Assembly (NCBI GenBank): GCA_043228905.1
Contig: JBHGNT010000007.1
Span: 3,100,001 to 3,164,000 of the forward strand
DNA from: Azolla caroliniana
Taxonomy: Eukaryota > Plantae > Polypodiophyta
Length of the DNA: 64,000 bases
Direction of reading: 5' to 3'
Made by a program: the position numbers and the translations under genes. Under the pieces are notes generated by a model. That model saw only the letters and a list, made by a program, of their open reading frames with translations, searched no databases and was not told the DNA's origin. Shown here piece by piece: positions 38,859 through 52,126 of this stretch; position 1 is the stretch's first letter; each line of letters begins with the position of its first letter.

Positions 38859-39420
38859 GCCATGGAAAGGGTTGTTGAGTACATGCTTAAAGTTCAAACA
38901 AGTCTCTCACATTAACTTCCTAGAATCACATGAGACACAAGGCAAAAGATCCAAAAGAAACACAAAAGCAATTTTTTATGTTCTAGTTGGTTGCAAGATA
39001 TGGAAAAAAAATTTGGAAGATGGAATGCAACACACTTGATTAATGAGGCATCATTAGATGCCTTTGTAAATGAGGCCTTTTTCTGTGCCAATGTATCATG
39101 ACACGAGGAAAATGTGGAGGCTCATGCTTCAAACACTGTGCTACATATGTTGCATCTAACTACAAAACCATATTATTCTTTGCAAGAGGAAAGTATACAC
39201 ATCAATGCATGTTAGAGCTCATTCCGTTGTAAGCCATCCAAATGATTGCTTCCATGTGACTTAACTCTCACACACTCCAGTGTGAGATGGGGCATTATGG
39301 CACATATGATGAGGTAGTGTGGACTATGCACACTTTGCCCAAAGCAAGTTCAAGAGTTTGAGTATCACACTTTGATATAATGCTCTACTTTAGTTTATCA
39401 CATTTGATTATGCTTTCCAC
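38859..39420 (+). mobile_element. RTE-type LINE relic, 3' part
   Basis: Removing the LTR element and one TSD gives the continuous frame LPIEIM-AMERVVEYMLKVQ; 3' boundary approximate. Confidence 0.75.
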
Positions 39421-40326
39421 ACATCTTTGAACAAATCCCATCCTCGCACAAATTTATCTCATAATCATAATGTGCACTCTCGATTGCAACATTTATTGGT
39501 AAATTTCTTGAACGTTAAGAGTCACTACTCACTTTCATATGTATTATGTGAAAAGTAATCTTTTTGGTCTCAAAGGTCATATTCTACCTCTGAAGACGAT
39601 AATAAAATCAAACTATCTATCTATCTATCTGCCCAAGTTTGATCCTTGCCATGGTGATGACTCAGACTTGTGCCACTTGTTGGTTCACATACTTCCCTTT
39701 TAACGCCAAGGTCCTTAACTAGTGCATGTCCAATCCTTGATATGCCTTCCTACTTCTAGTGATAAAATGCATGTAGAAATGCTCATGTCTCCCTTTCTCT
39801 TCTCCTTGGACTTGCATTCAACCTCATTGCACAATTGTTCCTTCTTTGCTAGATTAGGGCTTGCTCTTTTGATGCTTCTATGTTCTACCTCCAACATGTT
39901 TCTCTATTTCTTTAACTTGCTTCTCTTGCAAATCAAATTTTTTTCTTAGATCTAGCTATAGTTCTTGTGGGTAGGAATGGGATATATTTCAAGTCCATCC
40001 TCATTATGTCTATTTTCTAGGATAGATAAACTTGGGATGGTCATGACTTCCCCACCTTGTCATCCATCGTTGAGGCCATTAGGCACATCGACACCTTTTG
40101 TACAGAATGGGGCTTATTGGTGGATAACATGATGTTTTCCCCAATGATATTCATCTTTACCTTTGTTTGAGCTATATGAAATTTAATTACATTTTATTGC
40201 CATTGTCTTTTCTATTTGTAATGATGGCATTTGTATGAGAGACATGAATCCATGAGGGCCTCCACCGTCAAACCCCCACATGGTAAAGAGAAACCATATC
40301 ATCCACCAAACCTTTAACTAAATGAG

Positions 40327-40350
40327 AAACCCTAAACCCTAAACCCTAAA
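40327..40350. repeat. Short interstitial plant telomere-type repeat (AAACCCT)3
   Basis: AAACCCTAAACCCTAAACCCTAAA. Confidence 0.7.
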
Positions 40351-42361
40351 CTAATGAGTGGCGCAAGTCTCCTTGCCATCACATCATCACAAGAAGACAA
40401 CCTTAGTAACAACAAAAGGGATTTTGTGGTAAAGATATAAAAGAAAGGTTCAAAACCTGTATAAACCAATGTCCTGCCAACAAATGTAAAGGATTCACAT
40501 TTATGCCAATAATGGAAGTAGAGGTGAATATGAAGACCCAACAAGTGCTTGTCAATATTTCATATAGGTTTGACAATTACCTGATGGCACTACAAACTTG
40601 ACCATTGAGTACCATTTTTTAAAAAAAAATGGAGCTTCAATTGATCAAGCAATGAGAGTGATAGAATTAATCACCCAACATTATGCAAATTGGGAGAAAT
40701 GAAAACATTGATGGCCAATAGAGTGTAGGAGAATAACCAATCAACTCATTACCTTGTTGGTCCAATAAAAAAGCAACAATAAAGAAATTGCCTAACTAAG
40801 AAGAAACACATACCATCTTAGAGAAGGAAAGTTACATAAGGAAAAAGGAAAAAGTCATCATAACTAAAGAACAAACTTGAAATCTGCATAGCAATGCAAT
40901 TACATGGAGTAAAATCATCCAATATCACATTATATAAGCTGCATAGTCTCCTCTAAATTTGGATATCACATTATATAAGTTGCATAGTGCTTAACTTAGG
41001 CTAATGCTAGTGTTAGACCTGATGTTCTCCAATTTATGCCCTTAGGACATGCTTATCTAGGCCAGTTAGTATTGAAGAAATTGCTAAATTTGCAGACTTG
41101 CTTTGGAGATGTCTCAACGGAAGTATCAAATGTTTGCTCAAAATTATGATTACATTTAGGGCACATGTTTGGGGAATGTACGAATACATTATGACATTGG
41201 TAAAATCAGGAATCTTGATTATGTCTTGGAAAACCCCTTGTCAGTAGATGATTGGAAAATAAATCATAGATTTTCTTCTTCTGATTCCAGACCAGTCCAC
41301 ATTAGCAACAGGAAATAGAACCATCAAAAGTTTGATGGTAGGGTGATAGTTTCAAATTAACACTTGATAAATTAGACATTTGTACTCTCAACAACCCCAA
41401 CTTAGTTTTCAGAATTACTCTCATATATGAATCTGGCGTAAGTACAATCACAGTATACAATAGGATAGTTCTTATTCCACCAATCACAAAATAAAAAACA
41501 TGTTCTTTTTTTCAACACTTCGTGTTAAAATGAATCAACGAATACCAATGAAAGATTAAGCAAAAGCATTCCTAGCAATGAAAGATTTGGACAGATGAGT
41601 TGTGAACATGCTCCAAAGAATGTTGCAATTATAAACGATGTTATAGTGTGTCTTGCTGATGATGCTCTCTTTCTTTGAATGGACCCATTCCTCACCAGCA
41701 TTATCCTACTTTACACAACCAATAAGAGTATTAAGACGATCTCTCATCCAAATAATCCATAACCAAGGGGGTTAGTCAATAACAATAATAACAACATTAT
41801 ATAGATGATATTGTCAATGAAATTCTTCCGAGGCAGGAAAACTGATTCAATCATAATTGTATTTAGAAGTGGGGAATTATCCATATAAATGAACAAACAT
41901 AAAGCATTAGTATGCATCTCCAGATGCCAGCATATTTAAAGCCCTCTCAAAAATGAGATGAGCAGAGCTCAAGGTGAAAGCAAAACTTCCCTAAAGCAAT
42001 TTAGGGACCCATTGGTATTACATGGTCAGCTCTCCTCAATAATAGGTTAGACAGCATTATGTATATATTATATACTTCTTACAACAAGCTCCACAGGTAG
42101 TTGTGTTCAAATGAAATAAGTAAATTGGTTTCACCATCCATCCATATTTACTTTAAGCTTACAACAATGCTCCAGTGGAGTGTAAGCCTTTAAACTGAAT
42201 AATCTAGCTTGGTTTTACCTTCTTTTGGCCAGCAAAGCCCCCACTCTTTCTTCAAGCTTTGAAAGCATTGAAGACCTCTTTCATTCACAGTGAACTGAAC
42301 CCATCATGAAGAACGAAATTGAATCAAGTTTTGAGTAACATTGACAGAGAAAACCCTCTAC

Positions 42362-45300
42362 TCAAGAGTTCCAAGAGAAAATATCATTGCTTTCAAAATC
42401 GTAAGGGAAGCTCTGGCTTGGATCTTGAAGCAAACTTTGATCTAAGCTGTCAGTATTATTGCCTGATAAACTAGATCCGAAACCCATCACATTCTGGCCA
42501 TTATTACCAGACAAGTAGCTTTGATTCATTAAACCATCACTAAAACTGCTGGTTACCCCTCCTATATTTCCACTATCACTATCACTTATAGAGCTTCCCA
42601 TCCCTCCACCTTCATTACCTCCTAATCCTTCATTCACATTGCTCGAGCTTTGAAATCCATTTCCATTTATTGCCACGTTTCCAAATCCATTATTCAGTCC
42701 AGCTTTCACATCAATGTTTGACGTGTTTACACCACTTTTCAACTGAGATGACATGAGTAGTTCTTGAATATGGTGTGCCATCATTGAGCTTTCATGTTTT
42801 TGTGGATTGACGCTCCCATTTGAGGTCTTTTGCTGAGTTGAAGAATGAGCGACAAATGCATTGGGAGATGATGAATCGCCGCCACTATTCACTGATTGAT
42901 ACCCATTTTGCAAAGAGCTGAGATGGCTGCGATGGGTAAGGCTTGAAGAAGTTGTCGAGTTTGACCCAAGGCCATTGGAGGTATTACCAACATCAGGAGG
43001 AAGTGAAAAGCTTTGACCATTGCTTTGTACTTGTGTCATCATAGAATGTGGAGAATTCTGGTGAGGTAGGGTTGGGAAAGCACTGATAGAGTTAACATTG
43101 TGGGTCAAATTTACCGAACCGCCACTTAAAGTGCTGTTGTGAGCATTTGTAATCGTAGAGGCAGATTGAGCTACTGCTATATTGTGGTCCAAAGGAAGAA
43201 TTTGAGGCATCACCACCTGCTGATGCACCATCTCGCCTCGGCGAGGAAATTTATGAAGGCTCTCTGTCACCGGTAAAACACATTTCTAAGATCAGTTCAT
43301 TGAGATAGATGAGTTGAGTGAGACATGTACTATACAATAATTTGATGAATAAAAATTGAGGCATTTCTTTACATTCCATTCTGCCTAAAGCATGTGGCAA
43401 GCAAGCAAGAAAGCAAAGAAGGAAAGAGAGAGTTGTACACATGTGCTATTAGCATCTTTAAATACAATTCTAGGCAGAACAGTGGAGCACAGGTCTATAT
43501 TAGCATGAAAGAGAAAATAAGAGCGCCTATAAAATGTCCATCATTGACGACATCAAATTTTGTTTTCTAACCACAAGAAAGTAATCATGAAAGAATTCTG
43601 CCCTTGCGCTCTTGATGGAAATGTTATTATGCCAAGCTACTCAGTTAAGAAACTTCTGAATATAATGATGAACAATATTAGTATCCGAATCATTCAGTAC
43701 ACTAACCAGACTCTGATATACAGACGAAATAAATAACAACACTGATGAGTAAAACATATTATTAGATAGGGTAAAATTTTTATTGTGCCATGGACATTTA
43801 CATCAAATGATATACTCACCTATAGGACCAGTTCTGTTTTCTCGGCTAAAGTCGATCAAGTCTTTCATACTATTTACAACCTCTGAAATCTGCGCATGTA
43901 AAAGAGATTTCATTAACAAACAATATTATGTATTGGAAGGAAGAAGATAATGTGCTTTAATTGGGGGTACATTCGTGGATTGATGAACAACCTGAAGACA
44001 ACGAACATATCTTTTTGTATAGCCAAGATCATTCACGGTTGGAGCCTCCAAAGTTCGTGTAAGCTGCCTTGCAGCTGCCACAAACCTGCAATTAAGATCA
44101 AAAAGAAGAAGAAGAAATTAACTTGTGCTTCTCATTCGAATATCAATACATAGCATCAACCTTTTTTTGGTGCTAATATTAATTTCTCAAATTTTTTCAG
44201 GCTTGTATAAAATGGACTGCATGTAAATCCTAGCAATTCAAGCCTTCTTCCTACACAAAAAGGTCAATGCATAGAAAAGGGGAATGATACCCAAAATTCA
44301 GCTGAATAATCTATATTACTCAACCTCTGAATGAATGAATGAATGAATATCATGCAAAATGTGGTATCCAATAAAGAACAAGTATATATGGCAAAAGGGA
44401 TCGCCCTGATTCTATGCAAAACTGGAAACACAAGTGATCCTCAACTCAATCCCACCTTTTATCCCTTCCCCAGCTCTTTGATTGAGCTAAATCTATCGCA
44501 AGTACATTTCACTTTTTAAAACAGATTTAACCTAATTGAAGAACCTTAAACAAGATTATGTGAAGCATTGATAGCCGAGAAAAAGTTTTTGGGGGCTCAA
44601 AGACAGTCTCAATCAACCTATCATTACAATGAGAATTGCATCTGACACATTACATACAGCTGGCAATTGGATTGAAGGTCTTGCATTGAAATATTGGATG
44701 CTCCCGTCTGATTTTGATTCATGGTATTCTGGTACTTCTGAACAGCAGCAGCTAATTGTGTGACCTACAATCATATATATTCAGAATATCCTGAGGGTTA
44801 GCTCTTATAGACTACCCTAAACCTCATGCATCTTGCAAGCATCAAGCAAAAGACTTTATTTCTTAAGCTTATAAAAAACAAGAGGGGAATAGAAGAGAAA
44901 TGCATGTGTGCATAGATAGATACCTGTGTGTGCCTGAGATAACATTACTAAAACCTGAGGGGGGGAAAGGGAGAAATGCAATACAATAGAATGTAGAAAG
45001 TGACCTGTGGAACCAATAGCTTTCTTGGGAGAAGTTCCTCATGACCCCGTGCACAAAACTCCCACAAGAGAATCTGCAGAAGCAATTCCAAAGTTCAAGA
45101 CTTTCACACCCATAATAAGGTTTATTCTAAATTGTATAGAGAAACCCCACATATGAGTCTTCCTACTCATGCATAAGCACCAACCTTAAGTTCAGCAGTA
45201 AAGATTATACGAAGCTGTCCTTCTCTCACAACTCGGAGATGTTCAAAAATGCTTTCTTGGACAGCTTTTCCATATTCAAGAACCATGTGACCTGAACTTA

Positions 45301-47741
45301 AGCGATATTCATTTGATATGTCCACAAAAAGAAGCTCATCCAGAATCCCACTATCATATTTTATCTTGCAAAGCCGTGGAAGCACTTCGACAGTTGTCTC
45401 TGCAACAAAAAGCACCGAATGAGCAGATCAAAATATAGTATTATAGATCCCTTAGTATATCATTATAGTATTGTTCTTACCGAAACCCCGGCTTGGCCTT
45501 GAACCACAAATTTCACAATGCCAAACATCCTGCAACAATAACAAGTGAGTTTTCAAACCTTAATAGTTGACCTTTTTAGTTTGCTAATTCAAAAGGCTAT
45601 TATTGAGTCTTGCTAACCCAGGTAATTGGGGTAACCAATGTCTTAGTAAGAAATCAGCTTAAATAGTTAGCAAAGATAGTGGTCAACAAAACAATTAAAA
45701 ACCTTTCTTAATTCACATGTCATGATTCTTCTACTTCCCATCTTCAGCACCTATAGCAAACTAGAGTATCCTAAAGAAATTATTAAAGCATCTGTCTAAT
45801 TCATCATGATTATTCTTAGACCCTCACAGATTTTGCCTTGTTGATTGAGAGTAATGAACCTGAGGGAATACGCCAGTGGGTTGCTTTCCGTGGTTGCCAT
45901 ACTGTGACACACACCATCGCTTCTTGGCTCCATGTGCAAAAAACTCCGCGACAAATTTCCGCCAGAAATGTATATTGTTATCCTACAAGAAGATAATAAA
46001 AATACAAAAAGAACTTCAGCCAGTGCCTCATTTTTCAGTCTTCTTCGTTATTATTAGCATTGATGAAGCTCACTACTCCTCAATGGTGCAATAAGCATAA
46101 GCCAACAATATAATAGAAAGCATAATGGCATTGCTCTTCAACCATGATACCATCATAGTTGTTAAAAAACGTGTATTCTAAGTTTAGAATACATTTTAGA
46201 ATACTCTGAAGTAATCTTTCTACATGTATTCTACATTTAAGATCTGCCATTGTATAATATTTCACGTATTCTATGTCTTCTAAGTATTCAACATCTTCTA
46301 CATATTCATTGCATTTAGCAAGTATTCAGCATTTCCATAATGCTAAAAAAACAATTAAATTATTAAAATTAGGTTTTTTTTCTTTAAAACTTTATATTTA
46401 AGAAGTATTCTACTTATTTAACATGTTTTATCTGTAGAATATGTATTCTAAGTATTTGAGAAAAAATGTAGAATACTTAGCATATGTATTCTACACATAT
46501 TGTATGCCTAAGTTATCTACACCAATGAATACATTTAAGCAATAACGCTAGTACTATTCAACAATGATGCCACATACAAATTCAATTCTCTTCCATAATG
46601 ACGATGCCATCAGATCAAATGTCATTACTCTCCAAATGATGTTGAATAATGTCATTACTCTGCAAATGATGCCATATAACACAATATCATTGTTCTTCAA
46701 TGATGATAACATTGCTATCCAATGATGTCACATGAACATAATGGAATTCCTCTTCCATACCATCACTGCGCTTTAACCAAAGTGCCATATAATCATAATG
46801 CAAGCTTGTTACCTTAAGTAAGCTCGACTACATAAATAAAAATCTTTAATTGAGCCAAGCCTGTCTAATTCATACCCTTACGAGAGCGACCAATATAAAT
46901 CATACCCATCAATGCGCTCACTTATCTAAATCATCCTATCAATTAAGCTCAACCTATCTAAAACATACTCTAAATTGATTTAAACCTATGTAAGTCATAC
47001 CTGGGGCCGACTGCGCTGGTTGAACATGTATTGCATTAGTCTCCGCGAACAAACTCCTGGCTCAAATTGTGGCTTAGAAGGGGGTCCTGCAAGCTGCTGC
47101 CTCAAATGTTGCTGCTGAAGTTGTTGAATATGATGACTTCTTTGTTGATGCATGAATCTTTGTTGTTGTACTAAGTTCATCTGAGCTTGAAATTGTAGCT
47201 GTTGAGATTGCTGCTGCTGCTGCTGCTGTTGAGATTGCTGTTGTCTATGGAGTTGAATAGCTTCTTGTCTTTGAAGATTATTTGCAAGCAGTGACTGATG
47301 GACCATAGTAGCAGAAGAAGAAGCATTGGCCATGTCAACTTCAGCTTTCACTTCATTGACAATGTGTTGTCTTGAATCCATCATCTTCATTTGTGAATCA
47401 ATCTTTGCAGACGAAGGAGATGATGAAGCTCCCATTAAAGCTTGCATTTGTTGTTGATGTTGATGATATTGTTGATGAAGATGATTATTATTAATATGAT
47501 GATGCGGATTGTTATTAAGTTGATTGTGGTGGATACTCATTTGTGGAATTTCTAGAGAGAATCTCGAGTTAGGGTTTGTTAGAGAAGTCTGCTGTTGTTG
47601 AACCTCTTGTTGTAATGGGTCCATTAGGGTTGAAACAGAGCTATGGCAATTATTAGTGAGAGTATTTACATTATTATTGAGACCATTGTTAGACGAGAAA
47701 GAGTGAGGAGACGCAGCAGATAAGCCCATAGAACCACTCAT
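42362..47741 (-). CDS. SEUSS/SEUSS-like transcriptional co-regulator (LIM-binding domain), 9 exons
   Basis: Exons 47741-47001, 45982-45860, 45529-45481, 45399-45185, 45073-45005, 44764-44658, 44085-43992, 43889-43820, 43263-42362 splice in frame. Q-rich N-terminus with ASP.SFSSNN, then CSRRLMQYM..QR.RPQDNNIHFWRKFVAEFF, WHCEICG, EVLPRLCKIKYDSG, LRVVREGQLRI, NDLGYTKRYVRCLQISEVVNSMKDL. Confidence 0.95.
46154..46569. mobile_element. Possible decayed MITE in SEUSS-like intron 1
   Basis: Imperfect terminal inversion CATAGTTGTTAAA / TTCAACAATGATG with many GTATTCT/AGAATAC motifs; no clean TSD. Confidence 0.4.
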
Positions 47742-47870
47742 CTCTTCTCTCAAATTAGGGTTTCTTTACTAAAACGATGGCTCATTGAAGCTTCCATTGA
47801 TCCTCTCCAAGCAGAACACAGAGAGATCAATGGAAGGCGGGGATTTCAGGGTTAACGAAGACAGGTTAAA

Positions 47871-48236
47871 AGCAGAACTTCTGGCTATAGACGAAATAAC
47901 CCAAAACACAGATAATGAGAGAGAGCCCGGGGGGGGGTTGCAGGGGACCAAGGCAAAAAACAGACCTACTGACTACGAGAGAATTAGCCCAAACTTACAG
48001 AAAAACAGGGGGAGATGGAGAAAAGAATGAACAGAGTAGCAACGGAATTTCTAGCAATGGCAAACCAAAACATAGGAACTCCGAGAGAGAGAGAGAGAGA
48101 GAATGAATGAAGAAACAGAAGAGCTTCTGGCTGTGGCAGAATTAGCCCAAGACAGACAAACACAGAGAGAGAGAGAGAGTGTGTGTGTGTGTGTGTGTTT
48201 TCTAGGGTAGAAATACCCCAAAAATACAGACAAAGC

Positions 48237-48302
<66 letters not shown>

Positions 48303-48358
48303 GAAAGAGTGCAAAAGCAGAGCTTTTGGCTATGGCAGAATTAGCCCGAAACACAGAG
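47871..48358. repeat. Five degenerate copies of a ~40-bp motif upstream of the SEUSS-like start
   Basis: GCAGARCTTYTGGCTRTGGCAGAATTAGCCCAAAACACAG-like at ~47871, 47960, 48038, 48115 and 48316, separated by unique sequence and GA/GT runs. Confidence 0.65.
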
Positions 48359-48487
48359 AGACAGAGAGAGAGAGAGAGAGATGATAATGCAAGTAGGAGG
48401 AGAAGGAGGGGGGACCGGCTCAACCGGTCATCCGGTTTTAAATACAGGGGCGTCTGGGGCAACGTGCCTATCACGGGCTGGGATCCT

Positions 48488-48497
48488 GCCACGTGTC
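48488..48497. promoter_or_regulatory. ABRE/G-box in the GC-rich promoter region of the SEUSS-like gene
   Basis: GCCACGTGTC ~750 bp upstream of the ATG within a GC-rich island; motif match only. Confidence 0.4.
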
Positions 48498-49119
48498 AAA
48501 TCCAACGGCACGGATCCTGGATTTCGGAGGGGAAGGAAGAAGGGGGGGGGGGGGGCGGGGGCTGACGATGACGGCGCCGTCTGTTGTCTGACGGCCGGCA
48601 GTCGCCCAAATGGCTGCACCATCCTTCACCTCCATCTTCATCTTTGTTCTCTTCTCTTATGGTCTGGGTCTAGCTAGGTCTAGGTCTGGGTCTGGGTTTG
48701 TGTCTGGGTCTCTCTAGGTGTCTCATTGGTGAGAGAGCAGAGAAGTTCATGGAAATGGCCTCACACTCATCCCTTGTCTCTTACTCTCCGTCCACAAACC
48801 TTCCCAACACACATGTCCGCCCCGCCCCACTTGTTGTTCGTTGCCTCGGATCAGTCGGAATCGCTAGAGATGCATTCATTTAGGCATCGGAATCTCTCGG
48901 TTTGACCCTTTGCATGCTTTTACACGGGGTGTGATCTTTGACTGATTATCTCTCCCTCTCTCGTTCACTCTACTACTGCCTATCGATGGGTGCTTGGACG
49001 TGTGTTGCATAGCCCCCCAACCTAACCAAGCATGAGGATATGTCCATGCTAGCGAGTTTCATGTGTAGCATAAACTGGGCCTAGAGAACCATGTGTCCAT
49101 TGTGCGTGCGTGCGTGCGG

Positions 49120-49166
<47 letters not shown>

Positions 49167-52126
49167 AGAGTGAGTGAGGTTCGGGGACCCATGCATCCAT
49201 TGAATAGATCGAGTGATTAAAAGTGAACAAATTTTGGACCTGGTTTTTCTACACGTAGAGTAGATGGCACGTGTTTCGTTGAAGCCCTCACATAATGTAT
49301 GATTGTATTGCTTGCATGGCAGAAGTGATTTGTTTTCACATTTATAGATGATAAAGTTATGCAAACCCTATGAATCAAATTGAGATATTGATTAAATAGA
49401 TTTGAACAATGTGGGGACGGTATGAGCATATTCACATGAATACCTCAATTCTCATTATTAGAGTTTTGGTATATGGGGACGATGAGATATTTTAATGCTT
49501 ATCTATCATTTTATGATAATGGTATTGGTTGCTCAAAATTGTTGTTAGGCATCTAGTGTTGATTCTTTGTAAAGATATTGTTAGCATTTGGGAATCTCGT
49601 AACCAAGATGGGGATGTAAAATTGAACAATGCTTGTTAATGTGGTGAAATCTTGGGAGCGTATAAGAATGATGAAATTTCCTTTGCCATGGTTCATATGC
49701 ACTAGAGCAAAGACCGATGTATGCCTTTCAAGGGTGTGAGTGAATTATGAATGTCTGGGTTTATTTTGGATAGTCTATTATAATGTCGGCAATGTTTGGA
49801 ACAATTCTTATGTGAACATTGATTATATGAATGATAGGTAGCTTCTTAATGATGCTTTCTTGTTACAACACCACAAGATTTATCTAATCACCCTCCAAAA
49901 AACATATTTAACTTTTTTAGGCCAATTTTAGTGTCCAACTTTTGGCAAGGAGAATGTCATAGTTCTATCTAGGCCAATCGTATTAGGTTTTATGATTCTC
50001 TACATACCAAAGGGTTTCCCCCATTGCTTGCCTAGCTATTTTTCTTTAAATAACCCCTCTATTTGTATCTAGCTAACATTGGGCTAGAATGTTTAAGTTG
50101 ATTTGAATCAAGCTAGTAGTGGTAGTGCTCACATGTTCATAGATGCTTGAATGAAAAAGCATAAACATAATGGAGCCCCTCTAAAGTTTAGTTTTTCTCT
50201 TCACTAAAAAGCAACAAATTTGAATACATTAGTGCATATGGGTGAAGGACCTTTGGTTAGAGATGGATTCAACCTAGTGACGGAGAAGCCTAGGTAGACA
50301 TTCCCCTTCCAAGCATAGGAAATGTGCAAGAAATGGATGCTAAGCTTGTCTTGTTCAATGACGATGCTGAAATAACATGTCTATCAACACTATAGCTAGT
50401 AGCATACAACATTGAACCTAACAATTTTGGTTCTATCACCTATCAAATAAGAGATTTATGGCGCGTTGATAGCAAGCAAGCAAGCAAAATGGTTACAAAC
50501 AAAACCATAAGAGGAGCGAGGATGAAGTTGAAGGTTGACTAGTCCTGCTCAGTCTTCCTCGATTACGAAGGTCGCATAGTAGGTAACAATAAGCACAAGT
50601 ACTTTACTTAAAAGGGACCAATGCTTATATTACATCCCCTTATTTTTTGTTGGGTTTCAACTACTCACAATGAGGAGCACTCAAAATTCAAGAATATTCA
50701 ACTGCTCACAATGAGGAGCACATAAACTATTTTATTTAGTTGAATCTCTTTGCCATAGTCTATATAATAAGGAAAGACCATGCATCAACAAAGATGGAAT
50801 TATTGTAATCATCAATAGAAAATTTCATACATTCAAGCTATAAAATAATTCTTGAACCCAAGGGTTTGAAATTGTAAGTCTCTTTCCCCCCTATTATAAG
50901 CAATAGAACCAAGATGACAATGCCAATTGTATTGGTTACTTTGCAAGCATAGCCGAAACTTTGCTTGCACAAACCCCCTTTGTCTATAGGCCATATTAAG
51001 ATAAGCATTAAGAATCTAAGAATGGAGGATAGGGTTGAGAAAGAGTAGTGCATGAACATGAAGGGGCAACGCTATAGGAAAATGAGGAGAAGGCCATGTA
51101 AAGAAGACACAAGGATATGTTGCAAAGACGGATAGGACAAGGCACATAATTTCAAAATGTGTCATGGTGACACATCGCCATTAAACTATATTCCATATTT
51201 ACATAGAATAGGTTGTATGGCCCAAACTTAAGGACAAAAATGTGAATGTAGAGTTAGTACTTCCACATCTATTCTCAGGTAAAAAACCAGCCATTGTTAA
51301 ACATTCTTTTATTTAATCCCATTGGTTTAATTACATCTCAATTTGGTATTTAATAATTATTAATCATCTAGACCATTTTCAATGGATGAGGATGCGAGTA
51401 ATTAGTGTGAATGAAGAAAACAACCATGCAAGATGCCAACCTTAAATATATGGAAAGCCTTAAGCAATCAACTCAACACATCCATGGACCAAATATAATC
51501 TAGTTCTTCGTCAGTTCAAAGACAAGTTAAGTCAACAAATCATTGTTTATCCCAAGGAAAAGCCAAAATGGCAATCACTCTTCGAAATCCATGTCGAAAT
51601 GAGGATAAAGGACTTTGTAGTACATGTTATTGCCATTCAAATCAAGATAGAACATAATACACCCATTGAAATCAACTATAACTATAGATAATTGGCATCA
51701 TAATCTAGAAGCAATCCACAATGGACACAATCATGGATCGCTAGCACATGCGGTAAGCTACTTTCTTAGCCAAGAGGATATGCTTGGGAGAGAAATGAAG
51801 GAAAAAAAGAGTTGGAATATACAATGGCTCTTAAATTTAGAAAACTTGTTGCTTATTTCATGGATTCGCGCATTTAGAGCCCTTCTTGACGCAAGTGCCT
51901 TGCAGTTGTTGCAATTTCAAAAAATATATAGAACATTACGAGAATATTAATGTACAATCTTGAATTAGCATCACACACACACGCACACACTCTCTCTCTC
52001 TCTCTCATTCCATATATGCAGATCATCATAAAAGGTGCTTTTTTACACCCACTACTTTTTGCTGGATGCCTCCTCTCTTTCTTCAACCCCCAATGTTTTA
52101 TGTTAATCTTCTACTGGCAATTATTG

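Noticed and set aside
47769-47951. ORF beginning (L/M)VPCNPPPG resembling the Arabidopsis SEUSS N-terminus
   Set aside because: It starts with TTG, stops before the main frame, overlaps repeats and has no evident splice link; probably coincidental.
49400-50500. Possible transposase or copia relics
   Set aside because: Composition suggests old TE debris, but I could not read any diagnostic motif.
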